Part shown: positions 48,755-58,958 of the stretch, piece by piece | How the letters are laid out: every line of letters begins with the position of its first letter | How positions within the stretch are numbered: the first letter of the stretch is position 1 | Origin: Minisyncoccota bacterium | GTDB lineage: Archaea > Nanobdellota > Nanobdellia > Pacearchaeales > GW2011-AR1 | Reading direction: 5' to 3' | Assembly: GCA_035453125.1 (NCBI GenBank) | Contig: DAOTCN010000001.1 | Coordinates: 85,061 to 149,060, forward strand | DNA: 64,000 nt | The notes under the pieces: generated by a model | Database searches by the model: none | Told to the model about the DNA's origin: nothing | What the model saw: the letters and a program-made list of their open reading frames with translations, nothing else | Program-made: the position numbers and the translations under genes

Positions 48755-49801
48755 TTATATTTTGTTTTTAAAATGAACATCTAATTGTGGGAAAGGTATC
48801 TGAATGTTATTTTGTATTAATGCATTATAAATTTTTGTATTTGCTTCATCTATTGCATCACTTTTATTTTTTAGATGACTAAAATTAATATAAAAATAAC
48901 CTTTAAACTTTAGATATGATTCATCCATTTCCATAAATCTAACAAAAGGTTGATGTGTTTTTAATGATCCTTTTATTGATATAAGTTCTTTTATTACTAT
49001 CTTTTTAACTTTTTCAATTTCTGAACCATATCCAACATTAAAGGGGATAACTATTCTGATTATTGGTTCAGGTAGTGATGCATTTGTGATTTGATTATTA
49101 GCTATTTTATTATTTGGAATTATTATTGTTTCTTCATTTGATGTTCTTATCTTTGTACTTCTTAAACCAATTTTGATAATTCTTGCTTCTTTATTGTCTA
49201 TGTATACTAAATCTCCTTCTTTGATTGTTTTGTCCATTACTATAGATATACCTGAAAATATGTTATCTAAAGTTGGTTGAAGTGCAAGTGCAACAGCTAA
49301 ACCAGCAATTCCTAAACCTGCAAGGATTGGACCAACTTCTATTCCCCAAATATGTAAAATAAAAATAATGCTTATTCCAATTAAAGAAATTTGAATAATT
49401 CCATGAAGTATAGACATTAGATTATCATCGATACTTGTATTTGTTTTTTCAGTTATTCTTTTCCACCAATTTAATACAAATAGATCTAGTGTAATGAATA
49501 ATAAATAATTTATCGTGATAAATGAAATTGAATAAATTAATTTATTAACTGTACTGCTAAATTCTGTTAAAACTGTTGATAATTCATTTATTGAAACCTG
49601 TATTATAAACATAAATATCAAAATCATAATTGGAAGAATAAAACGTCTTAATTTAGATTTTTGATAATATTCTTTCTTCTTATTTTTTATTCTAATTATT
49701 CTACTTAAAATTTTAGTTATTAAAATAATTAATAATAAAAGACCTCCCCCAATTATTAAAGCTCGTATATAAGGATTTGTTATATATTGATTAAATAGCA
49801 T
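48755..49801 (-). CDS. mscS: small-conductance mechanosensitive channel MscS
   Basis: 348 aa; TM3 pore helix GLGIAGLAVALALQPTLDNIFSGI and beta-domain. Confidence 0.8.
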   Translation of the reverse strand: MLFNQYITNPYIRALIIGGGLLLLIILITKILSRIIRIKNKKKEYYQKSKLRRFILPIMILIFMFIIQVSINELSTVLTEFSSTVNKLIYSISFITINYLLFITLDLFVLNWWKRITEKTNTSIDDNLMSILHGIIQISLIGISIIFILHIWGIEVGPILAGLGIAGLAVALALQPTLDNIFSGISIVMDKTIKEGDLVYIDNKEARIIKIGLRSTKIRTSNEETIIIPNNKIANNQITNASLPEPIIRIVIPFNVGYGSEIEKVKKIVIKELISIKGSLKTHQPFVRFMEMDESYLKFKGYFYINFSHLKNKSDAIDEANTKIYNALIQNNIQIPFPQLDVHFKNKI

Positions 49802-50221
49802 TTTGTTTTCTCTTTTTTTATGTAAATATACCCTTTGTTTGTTTTTAAATTATTTGTTTTATTAATCTTAAAGTAACTCAATATATTTAGGATTATGAAC
49901 TTTAATTTTTTCATGATTATTTTTCATGATATCTTTTTTATAATAAGAACATTTAAAAAGATGATATATTTAAAAGAATTAACTTTGAATAAAGAGGTTG
50001 TAAGTCAGAAAATAAATGGCAAATAAAAACATTGACTATGAGGAAGATTTTGATGAAGATTCAGATCTTGATATGAAAGATCTGGATGTTGAAGAGGATG
50101 TTGATTTTCCTGTAGATCTAAGTGACATTGATTAACAATTAGTCTTTCTTTTTCTTTTTTTCTTTTTTATAAAATATAGCAGTATACTAAATTATTTAAA
50201 TGAATTATATTTTAAGTTTTT

Positions 50222-51406
50222 ATGTTAATTGGTTTAGTTGGAAAGCCTAATGTTGGTAAATCGACATTTTTTAAAGCAGCAACTCTTGCAAATGTTCTTA
50301 TTGCAAATTACCCCTTTGCAACAATAAAACCTAATCATGGTATGGCTTATGTTAAAATTGATTGCATTGATAAAGAATTAAATACTCAATGTATGCCTCG
50401 TGCAGGATATTGTGTTAATCATCAAAGATTTGTTCCAGTTGATTTAATGGATGTTGCAGGTCTTGTTAAAGGTGCTAGTGAGGGAAAAGGACTTGGAAAT
50501 CAGTTTTTAGATGATTTGAGGCAGGCAGATGTTTTTATACAAATTGTTGATGTTTCTGGAGAGACTGATGAAGAAGGAAAAACAACTTCAAATTATAATC
50601 CTGTACAAGATGTTGAAATGCTTGAAAATGAACTTGATTTGTGGTATACTGGAATATTAAAAAAAGTTTGGAAAACATTTTCAAGAACAGTTCAAAGCAC
50701 TAATGAAAATTTTGCTTTAGCTATTGCAAAGCAATTTTCCGGATTGAATGTTCATGAAGAAGATGTTAAGAAAGTTATTTTGAAGCTGGGTTATGATGTT
50801 TCAAAACCAGCAAATTGGACAGATGAACAACTAATGGAATTTTCACATGAGTTAAGACATCATACAAAACCAATGATAATTGCTGCAAATAAAATTGATA
50901 GGCCTCATTCTAAAGAAAACTTAGAAAAATTAAAAGAAGAATATATTGATTTAATAATAACTCCTTGTAGTTCTGATTCTGAACTTGCATTAAGAGAAGC
51001 AAGTAAGGCTGGAATGATTGATTATATTCCTGGAGATAAAGAGTTTAAAATAATTAAAGAATTGAATGAGAAACAAAAAGAAGCTTTGGATACAATTAAG
51101 AAAAACGTTTTAGAGGTTTATGGTTCTACAGGTGTTCAGGATATTTTGAACAAAGCTGTTTTTGATTTACTTGGATATTTTGCTGTTTTTCCAGCAGGAG
51201 TTCACAAACTTGCAGATAGTAAAGGAAATATTCTTCCAGATTGTTTTTTAGTTCCACCAGGAACAACTGCTTTGGATTTTGCATTTAAACTTCATACAGA
51301 TATTGGAAATAATTTTGTTAAAGCAGTTGATGTTAGGACAAAACAAGCTGTTGGTAAAGATCATAAGTTAAAGCATCGGGATGGTATAGAAATTCTAACG
51401 AGATAG
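50222..51406 (+). CDS. Obg-family P-loop GTPase/ATPase (YchF/OLA1/DRG-like) with C-terminal TGS domain
   Basis: 394 aa; G1 GLVGKPNVGKST, FATIKPNHG, G4-like NKID. Confidence 0.6.
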   Translation: MLIGLVGKPNVGKSTFFKAATLANVLIANYPFATIKPNHGMAYVKIDCIDKELNTQCMPRAGYCVNHQRFVPVDLMDVAGLVKGASEGKGLGNQFLDDLRQADVFIQIVDVSGETDEEGKTTSNYNPVQDVEMLENELDLWYTGILKKVWKTFSRTVQSTNENFALAIAKQFSGLNVHEEDVKKVILKLGYDVSKPANWTDEQLMEFSHELRHHTKPMIIAANKIDRPHSKENLEKLKEEYIDLIITPCSSDSELALREASKAGMIDYIPGDKEFKIIKELNEKQKEALDTIKKNVLEVYGSTGVQDILNKAVFDLLGYFAVFPAGVHKLADSKGNILPDCFLVPPGTTALDFAFKLHTDIGNNFVKAVDVRTKQAVGKDHKLKHRDGIEILTR

Positions 51407-51537
51407 AATTTCTAATTTTCGATTTAAGAGATTAAATTTAAAATATAGATATTTTAATAAGGTAAAATCTTTTAATCTTTTATTTGAGATAAATCTTATG
51501 TTTAAAATAATTATTAGAGAATATTATAAAAATTAAA

Positions 51538-51759
51538 ATGTTAATAAAAGTAAAAGCAAAGCCAAATTCAAAAAAGCAAAGTGTTGAAACTGATGGAGAA
51601 TATGTTGTTGTTTCTGTAAAAGAAGCTCCTGAAGATAACAAAGCAAATATTGCAGTTATAAAAACACTTGCAAAATACTATAATGTAGAACAAAAAAGTA
51701 TAAAAATCAAATCTGGTTTGAGAAACAAGATTAAACTGATTGAAATTGCAGTTAATTAA
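51538..51759 (+). CDS. DUF167 (YggU) family protein
   Basis: 73 aa; VKAKPNSKK..VSVKEAPEDNKANIAVIKTLAKYYNV..IKSGLRNKIK pattern. Confidence 0.5.
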   Translation: MLIKVKAKPNSKKQSVETDGEYVVVSVKEAPEDNKANIAVIKTLAKYYNVEQKSIKIKSGLRNKIKLIEIAVN

Positions 51760-51780
51760 AATTAATAAAAAAGAGACAAG

Positions 51781-52002
51781 ATGGTTAGGATAATAAATAT
51801 TAGAGTAAGAAGAGGAGATATGAAAAGAAGTATTGAAAATTTTGGATCTGGAAGATTTCTTGTAAGAGTTGGTGGAAAAACAAATGAAGAAATAAATAAA
51901 GAAGTTGTTGAGATGCTTTCAAGATATTTAGGGCATCCAATGAATAGAATTGAGTTAATTGGTGGTTCTGAAGCTGAAGATAAAGTTTTTCAACTTGTTT
52001 AG
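51781..52002 (+). CDS. DUF167-like small protein (tandem paralog)
   Basis: 73 aa; similar beta-alpha pattern (VRVGGKTNEE..IELIGGSEAEDK). Confidence 0.35.
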   Translation: MVRIINIRVRRGDMKRSIENFGSGRFLVRVGGKTNEEINKEVVEMLSRYLGHPMNRIELIGGSEAEDKVFQLV

Positions 52003-52062
52003 TGTTCTTGTAGATTAATTAATTTAATTGTTTATATTGATGTTTAATTAAAAGAGGTAAAA

Positions 52063-52500
52063 ATGGCAATAAAATATCAATTTGATTCAGAATTACAAAT
52101 AAGAGCAGAAGAAATTTCAAAAGTTTTGTTTCCACATGTAAAACTTGATAGAGTGAAATGTTTTAGAAGTAAAGGAAGTGGTGCAAGAAGAACGATTGCA
52201 AGATGCCATACAATTGGAAAGCTAATGCAAAAGACAATTGGATGTGAAGCTCATTATGCTCTTGAATTTATTTCAGAAAGATTTGATAAAATGTCTTATG
52301 AAGAACAAACTAAAGTTATAATCCATGAACTTATGCATATTCCCTTTTCGTTTGGGGGTGGATTTAAACATCATGATTGGGTTTGTGACAAAAATATAAA
52401 TGTAATGTACAAACAGTTTCTGAATTCAAAGTCTAATTTAAATAATTCGAATTTTACTAATACTTTTAACAATGAAAATAGAAATAAGTCTTGGTGGTAA
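52063..52500 (+). CDS. putative zinc metallopeptidase (HExxH)
   Basis: 145 aa; IIHELMHIPFSFGGGFKHH. Confidence 0.4.
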   Translation: MAIKYQFDSELQIRAEEISKVLFPHVKLDRVKCFRSKGSGARRTIARCHTIGKLMQKTIGCEAHYALEFISERFDKMSYEEQTKVIIHELMHIPFSFGGGFKHHDWVCDKNINVMYKQFLNSKSNLNNSNFTNTFNNENRNKSWW

Positions 52501-52831
52501 GAGAATAATTCTTAATAGTATTAAAAAAACAAATTTTTTTAGTAAATTTTCTGGTTTAATGTTTAGAAGAAAAGAGAAATCTAATGTTTTATTGTTTGAA
52601 ACTGGAAAAAGAATTTCAATTCATTCTTTTTTTGTTTTTTTTGAGTTTGTTTGTTTATGGTTAGATAATGAAAATAACGTCCTGGAATGGAAGATTATAA
52701 AACCTTTTTCTGTCAGAGAAATTTCAAATTATAAATTCACAAAAATTATTGAAATTCCTATTAACAGAAAATGCAATGAATTAGTTAATCTTATCGTCGG
52801 AGAAAGGTTTAAAAAGGAAAACCATCTATAA
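52472..52831 (+). CDS. DUF192 family protein
   Basis: 119 aa; GLMFRRK motif. Confidence 0.45.
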   Translation: MKIEISLGGKRIILNSIKKTNFFSKFSGLMFRRKEKSNVLLFETGKRISIHSFFVFFEFVCLWLDNENNVLEWKIIKPFSVREISNYKFTKIIEIPINRKCNELVNLIVGERFKKENHL

Positions 52832-52863
52832 TATATATAATCTTAATAAAAAAGGAGGTAATC

Positions 52864-52989
52864 ATGGGAACTGTATTAGTAAAAAACGCTGTTAAAAGAA
52901 AGCCAGGATATCTTTACTATGTTGATGGTAAAGGAAATGTATGTGAAGCAAAAATGGCTAGAGGCGGAAGAAAAAAGAAAAAGAGATAA
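52864..52989 (+). CDS. small basic protein (41 aa)
   Basis: ORF with a strong SD (AAAAGGAGGTAATC-ATG); lysine-rich tail; not in the supplied ORF track. Confidence 0.3.
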   Translation: MGTVLVKNAVKRKPGYLYYVDGKGNVCEAKMARGGRKKKKR

Positions 52990-53049
52990 ATTCTCTTTAA
53001 ACTTTATTTTTTAAATATTTTTTATTTACTATTTCTATTTATTTTTTAT

Positions 53050-53310
53050 TTAATCATTTATTTCAAATAGATGTAAATTTTTTACAGAAACCTTTTTTTC
53101 TAACATTTCTCCTTTTTCTACGTCAATTCTCTCATTAGCTTTTGTTAAACATCCAGAATTTGAATGAGTATAAACTTTGTTTGAGATTGGTTTTAATCCT
53201 GCACTTAAAGTATAAATAATTTCATGATGTAGTGTATTGTTAAGGGAGTTACCACAACCATAACATGTTGCTTCTTTTTTTACTTGATTATATTTTAAAT
53301 TAATTGCCAT
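53050..53310 (-). CDS. hypothetical protein with CxxC
   Basis: 86 aa ORF. Confidence 0.3.
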   Translation of the reverse strand: MAINLKYNQVKKEATCYGCGNSLNNTLHHEIIYTLSAGLKPISNKVYTHSNSGCLTKANERIDVEKGEMLEKKVSVKNLHLFEIND

Positions 53311-53434
53311 AATTTTTTAGGATTAGAGTAGTTTATAAACTTTTCGGTTGTTATTATTAATGAGTAGTTACTAAAATTTGTTAAATGATAATTTTTTGAA
53401 ATAGTTTTAAAAAATATATTTCTATTGATTATTT

Positions 53435-54430
53435 ATGTCAGTAATATTAGGTATTGAATCAACAGCACATACATTTGGAATTGGAATTGTAAAAGATGGT
53501 AAAATTTTAGCTAATGTTAAAGAAACTTATACAACCGAAAAAGGAGGAATAATTCCTGTTGAGTCTGCAAAGCATCATGAAAAATTTTGTAAATTACTTT
53601 TGAAAAAAGCTTTTGATGAATGTGGAATGAGTTTTGAAAATGTTAATGCAATTGCATTTTCTCAGGCACCAGGTCTTGCTCCATGTTTGCTTGTTGGTTT
53701 AAGATTTGCAAAGAAAATTTCTAAAGAAAATAATATTCCTCTTGTTCCAGTAAATCATTGCGTTGCTCATCTTGAAATTGGAAGAATTACTGGTGCAAAA
53801 GATCCAGTAATGTTATATGCTTCTGGAGCAAACACACAAATAATTGCTTATGCATCTGAAAAATATAGAGTATTTGGAGAAACATTAGATATTGGTATTG
53901 GAAATTTTATTGATACATTTGCAAGATATACTGGATTAGGTTTTCCAGGAGGACCAAAAGTTGCTGAACTTGCTTTGAAATCAAATTCTGAAAAATACAT
54001 TGAGCTTCCGTATTCGATTAAAGGAATGGATGTTGCTTTTTCTGGAATGTTAACTAAATTAAGACAACTATTTGAAAGAAAACAAGCTACAATTGAGGAT
54101 CTTTCTTATTCACTTCAAGAAACTGCATTTGCAATGCTTGTTGAAGCAAGTGAGAGAGCACTTGCACATACTGGGAAAAAAGAGTTGTTGCTTGGAGGAG
54201 GGGTTGCATGCAATAAAAGACTTCAAGAGATGTGTAGAATAATGTGTGAGGAAAGAGGATGCAAGTTTTTTGTTCCTCCAAATTCTTTGCTTGTTGATAA
54301 TGGTGCAATGATTGCTTATCTTGGAGAAATACAATTTAAGTCTGGAATAAAATTTTCTGGAAAAGAAGCTGACAAACTTGACATAAATCCAAGGCAAAGA
54401 ACTGATCACATCAAAGTTACTTGGAGGTAA
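53435..54430 (+). CDS. kae1: tRNA N6-threonylcarbamoyladenosine synthase Kae1 (TsaD/OSGEP family)
   Basis: 331 aa; ASKHA fold; metal-binding H..H (VNHCVAH), LGGGVACN motif. Confidence 0.85.
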   Translation: MSVILGIESTAHTFGIGIVKDGKILANVKETYTTEKGGIIPVESAKHHEKFCKLLLKKAFDECGMSFENVNAIAFSQAPGLAPCLLVGLRFAKKISKENNIPLVPVNHCVAHLEIGRITGAKDPVMLYASGANTQIIAYASEKYRVFGETLDIGIGNFIDTFARYTGLGFPGGPKVAELALKSNSEKYIELPYSIKGMDVAFSGMLTKLRQLFERKQATIEDLSYSLQETAFAMLVEASERALAHTGKKELLLGGGVACNKRLQEMCRIMCEERGCKFFVPPNSLLVDNGAMIAYLGEIQFKSGIKFSGKEADKLDINPRQRTDHIKVTWR

Positions 54431-54528
54431 CTTCGTGGCCTAAAAATCTTAGAGAATTAAAAAGATTTTAAAGATTGGATGTTAAATGGAATTAAAAATA
54501 TAATTATCTTTAAATATAACTTATTTTA

Positions 54529-54789
54529 ATGAATTTGATGGCTTATCAAGTTTCTATTGAATATGATGGATCTTTAGAAAATTTTAGTATGCTTTCTCGT
54601 GTTACAATGACCATTTTAGAATTAATAACTTTAAATGAACGTGAGTTATTAACTGATATGACTGAAAAAGGTTACGGAACAGATAAATATTTACTTTATC
54701 GAATTACGAAAAAAGAAAAAGCTGAAAAGTTTAGAAGAAAAATTATAGAAAAAGGATTAGCTGAAGTTGTTTATGTTGATGAGATTTGA
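54529..54789 (+). CDS. hypothetical protein
   Basis: 86 aa ORF. Confidence 0.3.
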   Translation: MNLMAYQVSIEYDGSLENFSMLSRVTMTILELITLNERELLTDMTEKGYGTDKYLLYRITKKEKAEKFRRKIIEKGLAEVVYVDEI

Positions 54790-55221
54790 CTAACGTAACG
54801 GAATATCTTTCACTTTTAACCAAGCTTCTAAATCTTTTCTTCTTTGATTATTAATTAATTGGTTTATTGCAAAATTATTTGCATCAGTAGTTAACTCACC
54901 CAATTGTTTGCATTTTTTATATAGAAATTTAACAAAATGGTCTTCAGTTGAATTAATTGTTTCTTCTATACCACTTAAGTTATTTATAATTGTGCTTCTG
55001 TAAACAAATATGTCTATAAAACTTAAATTTGGATAGTTATTTTTATTTGCATTTCTATGATTTATTACCTCTAAAATGTTTTCATGCACGGTTATTTTTC
55101 CTTGAGCTAATAACTTTTTTATCCTTTTTTCAAGAAGTTTATCAAATCTATGATACTTATTTTTTGTTGATTCTGCATATTCAAATGCTTCGCTTATTCT
55201 TTGTTCTGGAATATATTCCAT
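54790..55221 (-). CDS. hypothetical protein
   Basis: 143 aa ORF. Confidence 0.35.
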   Translation of the reverse strand: MEYIPEQRISEAFEYAESTKNKYHRFDKLLEKRIKKLLAQGKITVHENILEVINHRNANKNNYPNLSFIDIFVYRSTIINNLSGIEETINSTEDHFVKFLYKKCKQLGELTTDANNFAINQLINNQRRKDLEAWLKVKDIPLR

Positions 55222-55295
55222 ATTTTTTTATATTGTTTTTATTATATAAATATTTAGATAGAAATTAATTTAAACTAATTATTTCTTAAGTATAT

Positions 55296-55520
55296 ATGGT
55301 ATTTTGTAAAAAAAAGAATAAAAATGTAGAGAGTAATTGTGGTCATGGATGCAAAGCAGCAGGTTGCGGTGGAGCACTTTATGGACTTGGTTTTGTTGGA
55401 GCATTGATTTACTATGTTTCAAATGCAACAAGTTTTTGGGTTGGTGTTCTTGGAATTTTGAAAGCAATTGTCTGGCCAGCATTTTTAGTTTTTCATCTTT
55501 TGAAATTTATAGGTGCTTAG
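55296..55520 (+). CDS. small membrane protein
   Basis: 74 aa; two TM helices; N-terminal CGHGCKAAGCGG. Confidence 0.3.
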   Translation: MVFCKKKNKNVESNCGHGCKAAGCGGALYGLGFVGALIYYVSNATSFWVGVLGILKAIVWPAFLVFHLLKFIGA

Positions 55521-55597
55521 TTTATAAGAAAGATTTATAAAGCTACTTTTGTAATAAATTTTACCGATGAGGTATTAAATAAATATACGGAGGCCAA

Positions 55598-55897
55598 ATG
55601 GACTTCTATACAATTGTTGAAAAAGCAAGAAAAACCGGAAAAATCGAAAAAGGAACTAATGAAGTTACAAAAGCAATCGAAAGAGGAACAGCTAAACTTG
55701 TAGTTGTTGCATCTGATGTTTCACCTAAGGAGATTATTCATCATTTGTCTATTCTTTGTAAGGAAAAAGGAATAAAATATGGTGAAGTTGATAATAAACA
55801 AAAATTAGGGATTTCTGCAGGACTTCCAGTAGCTTGTTCATCTGTAGCAATTATTACATCAGGGGATGCTGAAAAAGATATTGCTGCTTTGAAATAA
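55598..55897 (+). CDS. rpl7ae: ribosomal protein L7Ae (K-turn binding)
   Basis: 99 aa; KAIERGTAKLVVVASDVSP signature. Confidence 0.9.
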   Translation: MDFYTIVEKARKTGKIEKGTNEVTKAIERGTAKLVVVASDVSPKEIIHHLSILCKEKGIKYGEVDNKQKLGISAGLPVACSSVAIITSGDAEKDIAALK

Positions 55898-55926
55898 ATC
55901 ATTAAACTTTATTTGATTTAATTAAA

Positions 55927-56208
55927 ATGCCACCAAAACAAGAACAACAACAGCAAAAGAAAAAAGTATTTACAATTACATCTGGAGAAGCAGTTCCAGG
56001 AGTAGTTGAAGAAATAATTGGAAGAACAGGATTTAGAGGAGAAATTACTCAAGTTAAAGTTAAAGTTATGGAAGGAAGAAATAAAGGAAGATCAATGAGA
56101 AGAAATGTAAAAGGACCTATTCGATTAAGAGATGTTTTAATGTTAAGAGAAACTGAAGTTGAAGCAAGAAAAATAAAGAGCAAAGTTACAAGAGGAGCAT
56201 ATACATAA
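55927..56208 (+). CDS. rps28e: ribosomal protein S28e
   Basis: 93 aa; [34 protein letters not shown] signature. Confidence 0.9.
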   Translation: MPPKQEQQQQKKKVFTITSGEAVPGVVEEIIGRTGFRGEITQVKVKVMEGRNKGRSMRRNVKGPIRLRDVLMLRETEVEARKIKSKVTRGAYT

Positions 56209-56209
56209 A

Positions 56210-56650
56210 ATGGTAAAATCAATGCCAAGACCAAAAAAAGGTTATAAACCTATTTTAGAATTATGTGAAGATGTTTTAAATTCGGGGAGTTTTTATTGTG
56301 AATGTAATCATGAGATTTCAGGTATGATAACTAATTATCTTAGAAATTCAGGATTTGATGTTTATTCAGATTTAATTAAAGGAAAAGGTTATCAAGTAAA
56401 CTTTGTAAGAGATTATAATATTTCGCCAGGTAAAAAATATCAAAGAGTAGTTGAAAAATTTGAAGATGCTATTTTAACTGGTACTTTGAGGGTTAATACA
56501 CTTATATTGGAGGATAATTCTTTAGATATTAAGAGTGTTAGAAATGCATTAGGAAATTTAGGTTATACTCCTTGTATTAATCCTGCTGGACAAAATTCTC
56601 ATGAAATTCATTTTTATAAAAGTTTTATAGATTTAGGAGGGAACAAATAA
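56210..56650 (+). CDS. hypothetical protein inserted between rps28e and rpl24e
   Basis: 146 aa; tight coupling (ATG 2 nt after the S28e stop; its stop overlaps the L24e ATG). Confidence 0.35.
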   Translation: MVKSMPRPKKGYKPILELCEDVLNSGSFYCECNHEISGMITNYLRNSGFDVYSDLIKGKGYQVNFVRDYNISPGKKYQRVVEKFEDAILTGTLRVNTLILEDNSLDIKSVRNALGNLGYTPCINPAGQNSHEIHFYKSFIDLGGNK

Positions 56651-56847
56651 TGCCTGCATGTTCATATTGTAAAAGGCATTATGATATTCCAAGAGGATTG
56701 ACTTTTGTATTGTCAAATGGAGATATTTTATACTTTTGTTCTGGAAAGTGTAAGAAAAACTTTGATATGGGAAGAAAATCAGAGAAAAGAAATTGGATAA
56801 TTAAAGAAGACAAAAAACACAAACCTGAAAAAGTTGAAGAACAATAA
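56650..56847 (+). CDS. rpl24e: ribosomal protein L24e
   Basis: 65 aa; C4 zinc ribbon CSYC..(18)..CSGKC (TRASH-like). Confidence 0.85.
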   Translation: MPACSYCKRHYDIPRGLTFVLSNGDILYFCSGKCKKNFDMGRKSEKRNWIIKEDKKHKPEKVEEQ

Positions 56848-56873
56848 ATTTTAATTCTCGACGTTATTCTTTA

Positions 56874-56903
56874 GCATTTTATCGACGGAAAATGCTGTTT
56901 TTG
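56874..56903 (+). terminator. hairpin plus T-tract terminator candidate after the r-protein cluster
   Basis: GCATTTT-ATCGACGG-AAAATGC stem-loop followed by TGTTTTTG. Confidence 0.3.
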
Positions 56904-57003
56904 ACATAGAAAGCTTTTTAAAGCAAGTTTGCCTTTTTGTAAGTAGTAAGAGGGTGAAAATTAAGTAAAAACTAAATTATTCCTCTTTCTGCATAATTTT
57001 AAC

Positions 57004-58902
57004 ATGGCACAAGAAAAAGATAATTATGATGCATCAAGTATCAAAGTTCTTGAAGGTCTTGAAGGTGTAAGAAAAAGACCTGCAATGTATATTGGAAGTA
57101 CTGGAAAAGAAGGTTTACATCATTTGGTTTATGAGATTGTTGATAATTCTGTTGATGAGTGTTTAGCAGGAATTTGTTCAACTATAAGAGTTAGTTTAAA
57201 TAAAGATGGTAGTGTGACTGTTGAAGATAATGGAAGAGGTATGCCTGTAGATATTCATCCAATTTATAAAAAACCTGCTATGGAAATTATTGTTACTAAG
57301 CTTCATGCTGGAGGAAAGTTTGATAGAAAGGCTTATGCTGTTTCTGGAGGCCTTCATGGTGTTGGTATTTCAGTTGTGGCTGCACTTTCTAAGAAAATGA
57401 CTGTAGAGGTTAAGAAAGATGGAAAAATTCATGCTCAGAGCTACCAAATCGGAAATCCGCTCGATTCTGTAAAGGTTATTGGAAGTTGTGAGAAAGCCTT
57501 GACTGGAACAAAAGTAACTTTTTTACCTGATGAAACAATTTTTTCTGTTACTAAGTTTGATTTTAATACTCTTATGACTAGATTTAGAGAAATATGTTTT
57601 TTGAATGCAGGTCTTAAAATAATTTTTACTGATGAAAATTCTGATAAAAAAGAAGAATTTCATTATGCTGGTGGTTTAATAGAATTTGTTAAATGGTTAG
57701 ATCGAGCAAGAAATTCTTTACATAAACCAGTATATTTTAAAAAATCTGCCGAAGATACTGTTGTTGAAGTTTCTTTTGAATATAATGAAGGTTATACTGA
57801 AAATATTTTTGGTTTTGTAAATACTATTAATACTATTGAAGGTGGAACTCATGTTTCAGGTTTTAAAACAGCGTTAACAAGAGCAATAAATGATTATGCA
57901 ACCAAAAAAGGAATTTTAAAAAATGGAGAAAAATTAGAAGGAGATGATGTTAGAGAAGGATTAACTGCAATTATTTCTTTAAGATTAAAAGAACCTCAGT
58001 TTGAAGGACAGACAAAAACAAAACTTGGAAATTCAGAAATTAAAGGTTTAGTTGATTCAGTTGTTTCAACTGCTCTTACAGAATTTTTTGAAGAAAATCC
58101 TTCAATTGCTAGCAAGATTGGTCAAAAAGCAAGTGCTGCACTTAAAGCGAGACAGGCTGCACAGAAAGCAAAAGAGCTTGTTAGAAGAAAAAATGCATTA
58201 GGTATGGGTGGACTTCCTGGAAAATTAGCTGATTGTTCTAGCAAAAAAAGAGAAGAAACAGAGTTGTATCTCGTAGAGGGAGAAAGTGCAGGTGGAACTG
58301 CTAAAGGTGCAAGAGATAAAGAGTTTCAAGCAATTCTTCCATTAAGAGGAAAAATTTTGAATGTTGAAAAATCGAATTCAGTTAAGGCACTTTCGTCTGA
58401 ACAAATTGCAAATTTAGTAACTGCAATTGGAACAGGAGTTGGAGAAGCTTTTGATATTGATAAATTGAGATACCATAAGATAATTGTTATGGCTGATGCA
58501 GATGTTGATGGACAACATATTAAGACTTTATTATTAACTTTCTTTTATAGATATATGCCTCAGTTAATTGAATCAGGACATATTTTTGTTGCTGTTGCTC
58601 CTTTATTTAAAATAAGAAAAGGACAACAAGATTATTATGTTTATTCAGATGAAGAATTGAAGAAGACTTTAGATAAACTTAGTGGAAAGAATGAAGTTAA
58701 TAGATTTAAAGGTCTTGGTGAAATGAATGATGAACAATTATGGGATACAACAATGAATCCTAAAACAAGAATATTAAAACAAGTTTTTGTTGAAGATGCA
58801 ATTGAAGCTGATGAAACATTTAGTATCTTAATGGGTGATTCAGTTGAACCAAGAAGAAGATTCATTGAAGAAAATAGTAAGGAGGCTGAGTTAGATCTTT
58901 AG
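57004..58902 (+). CDS. gyrB: DNA gyrase subunit B
   Basis: 632 aa; GHKL ATPase (LEGLEGVRKRPAMYIGS), Toprim (EGESAGG, PLRGKILN, DADVDGQHI). Confidence 0.95.
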   Translation: MAQEKDNYDASSIKVLEGLEGVRKRPAMYIGSTGKEGLHHLVYEIVDNSVDECLAGICSTIRVSLNKDGSVTVEDNGRGMPVDIHPIYKKPAMEIIVTKLHAGGKFDRKAYAVSGGLHGVGISVVAALSKKMTVEVKKDGKIHAQSYQIGNPLDSVKVIGSCEKALTGTKVTFLPDETIFSVTKFDFNTLMTRFREICFLNAGLKIIFTDENSDKKEEFHYAGGLIEFVKWLDRARNSLHKPVYFKKSAEDTVVEVSFEYNEGYTENIFGFVNTINTIEGGTHVSGFKTALTRAINDYATKKGILKNGEKLEGDDVREGLTAIISLRLKEPQFEGQTKTKLGNSEIKGLVDSVVSTALTEFFEENPSIASKIGQKASAALKARQAAQKAKELVRRKNALGMGGLPGKLADCSSKKREETELYLVEGESAGGTAKGARDKEFQAILPLRGKILNVEKSNSVKALSSEQIANLVTAIGTGVGEAFDIDKLRYHKIIVMADADVDGQHIKTLLLTFFYRYMPQLIESGHIFVAVAPLFKIRKGQQDYYVYSDEELKKTLDKLSGKNEVNRFKGLGEMNDEQLWDTTMNPKTRILKQVFVEDAIEADETFSILMGDSVEPRRRFIEENSKEAELDL

Positions 58903-58958
58903 TGAATGACACCTGCGGTTTCTTACCGCACTACTTTCTCTTATTAACTTAAACAAAA

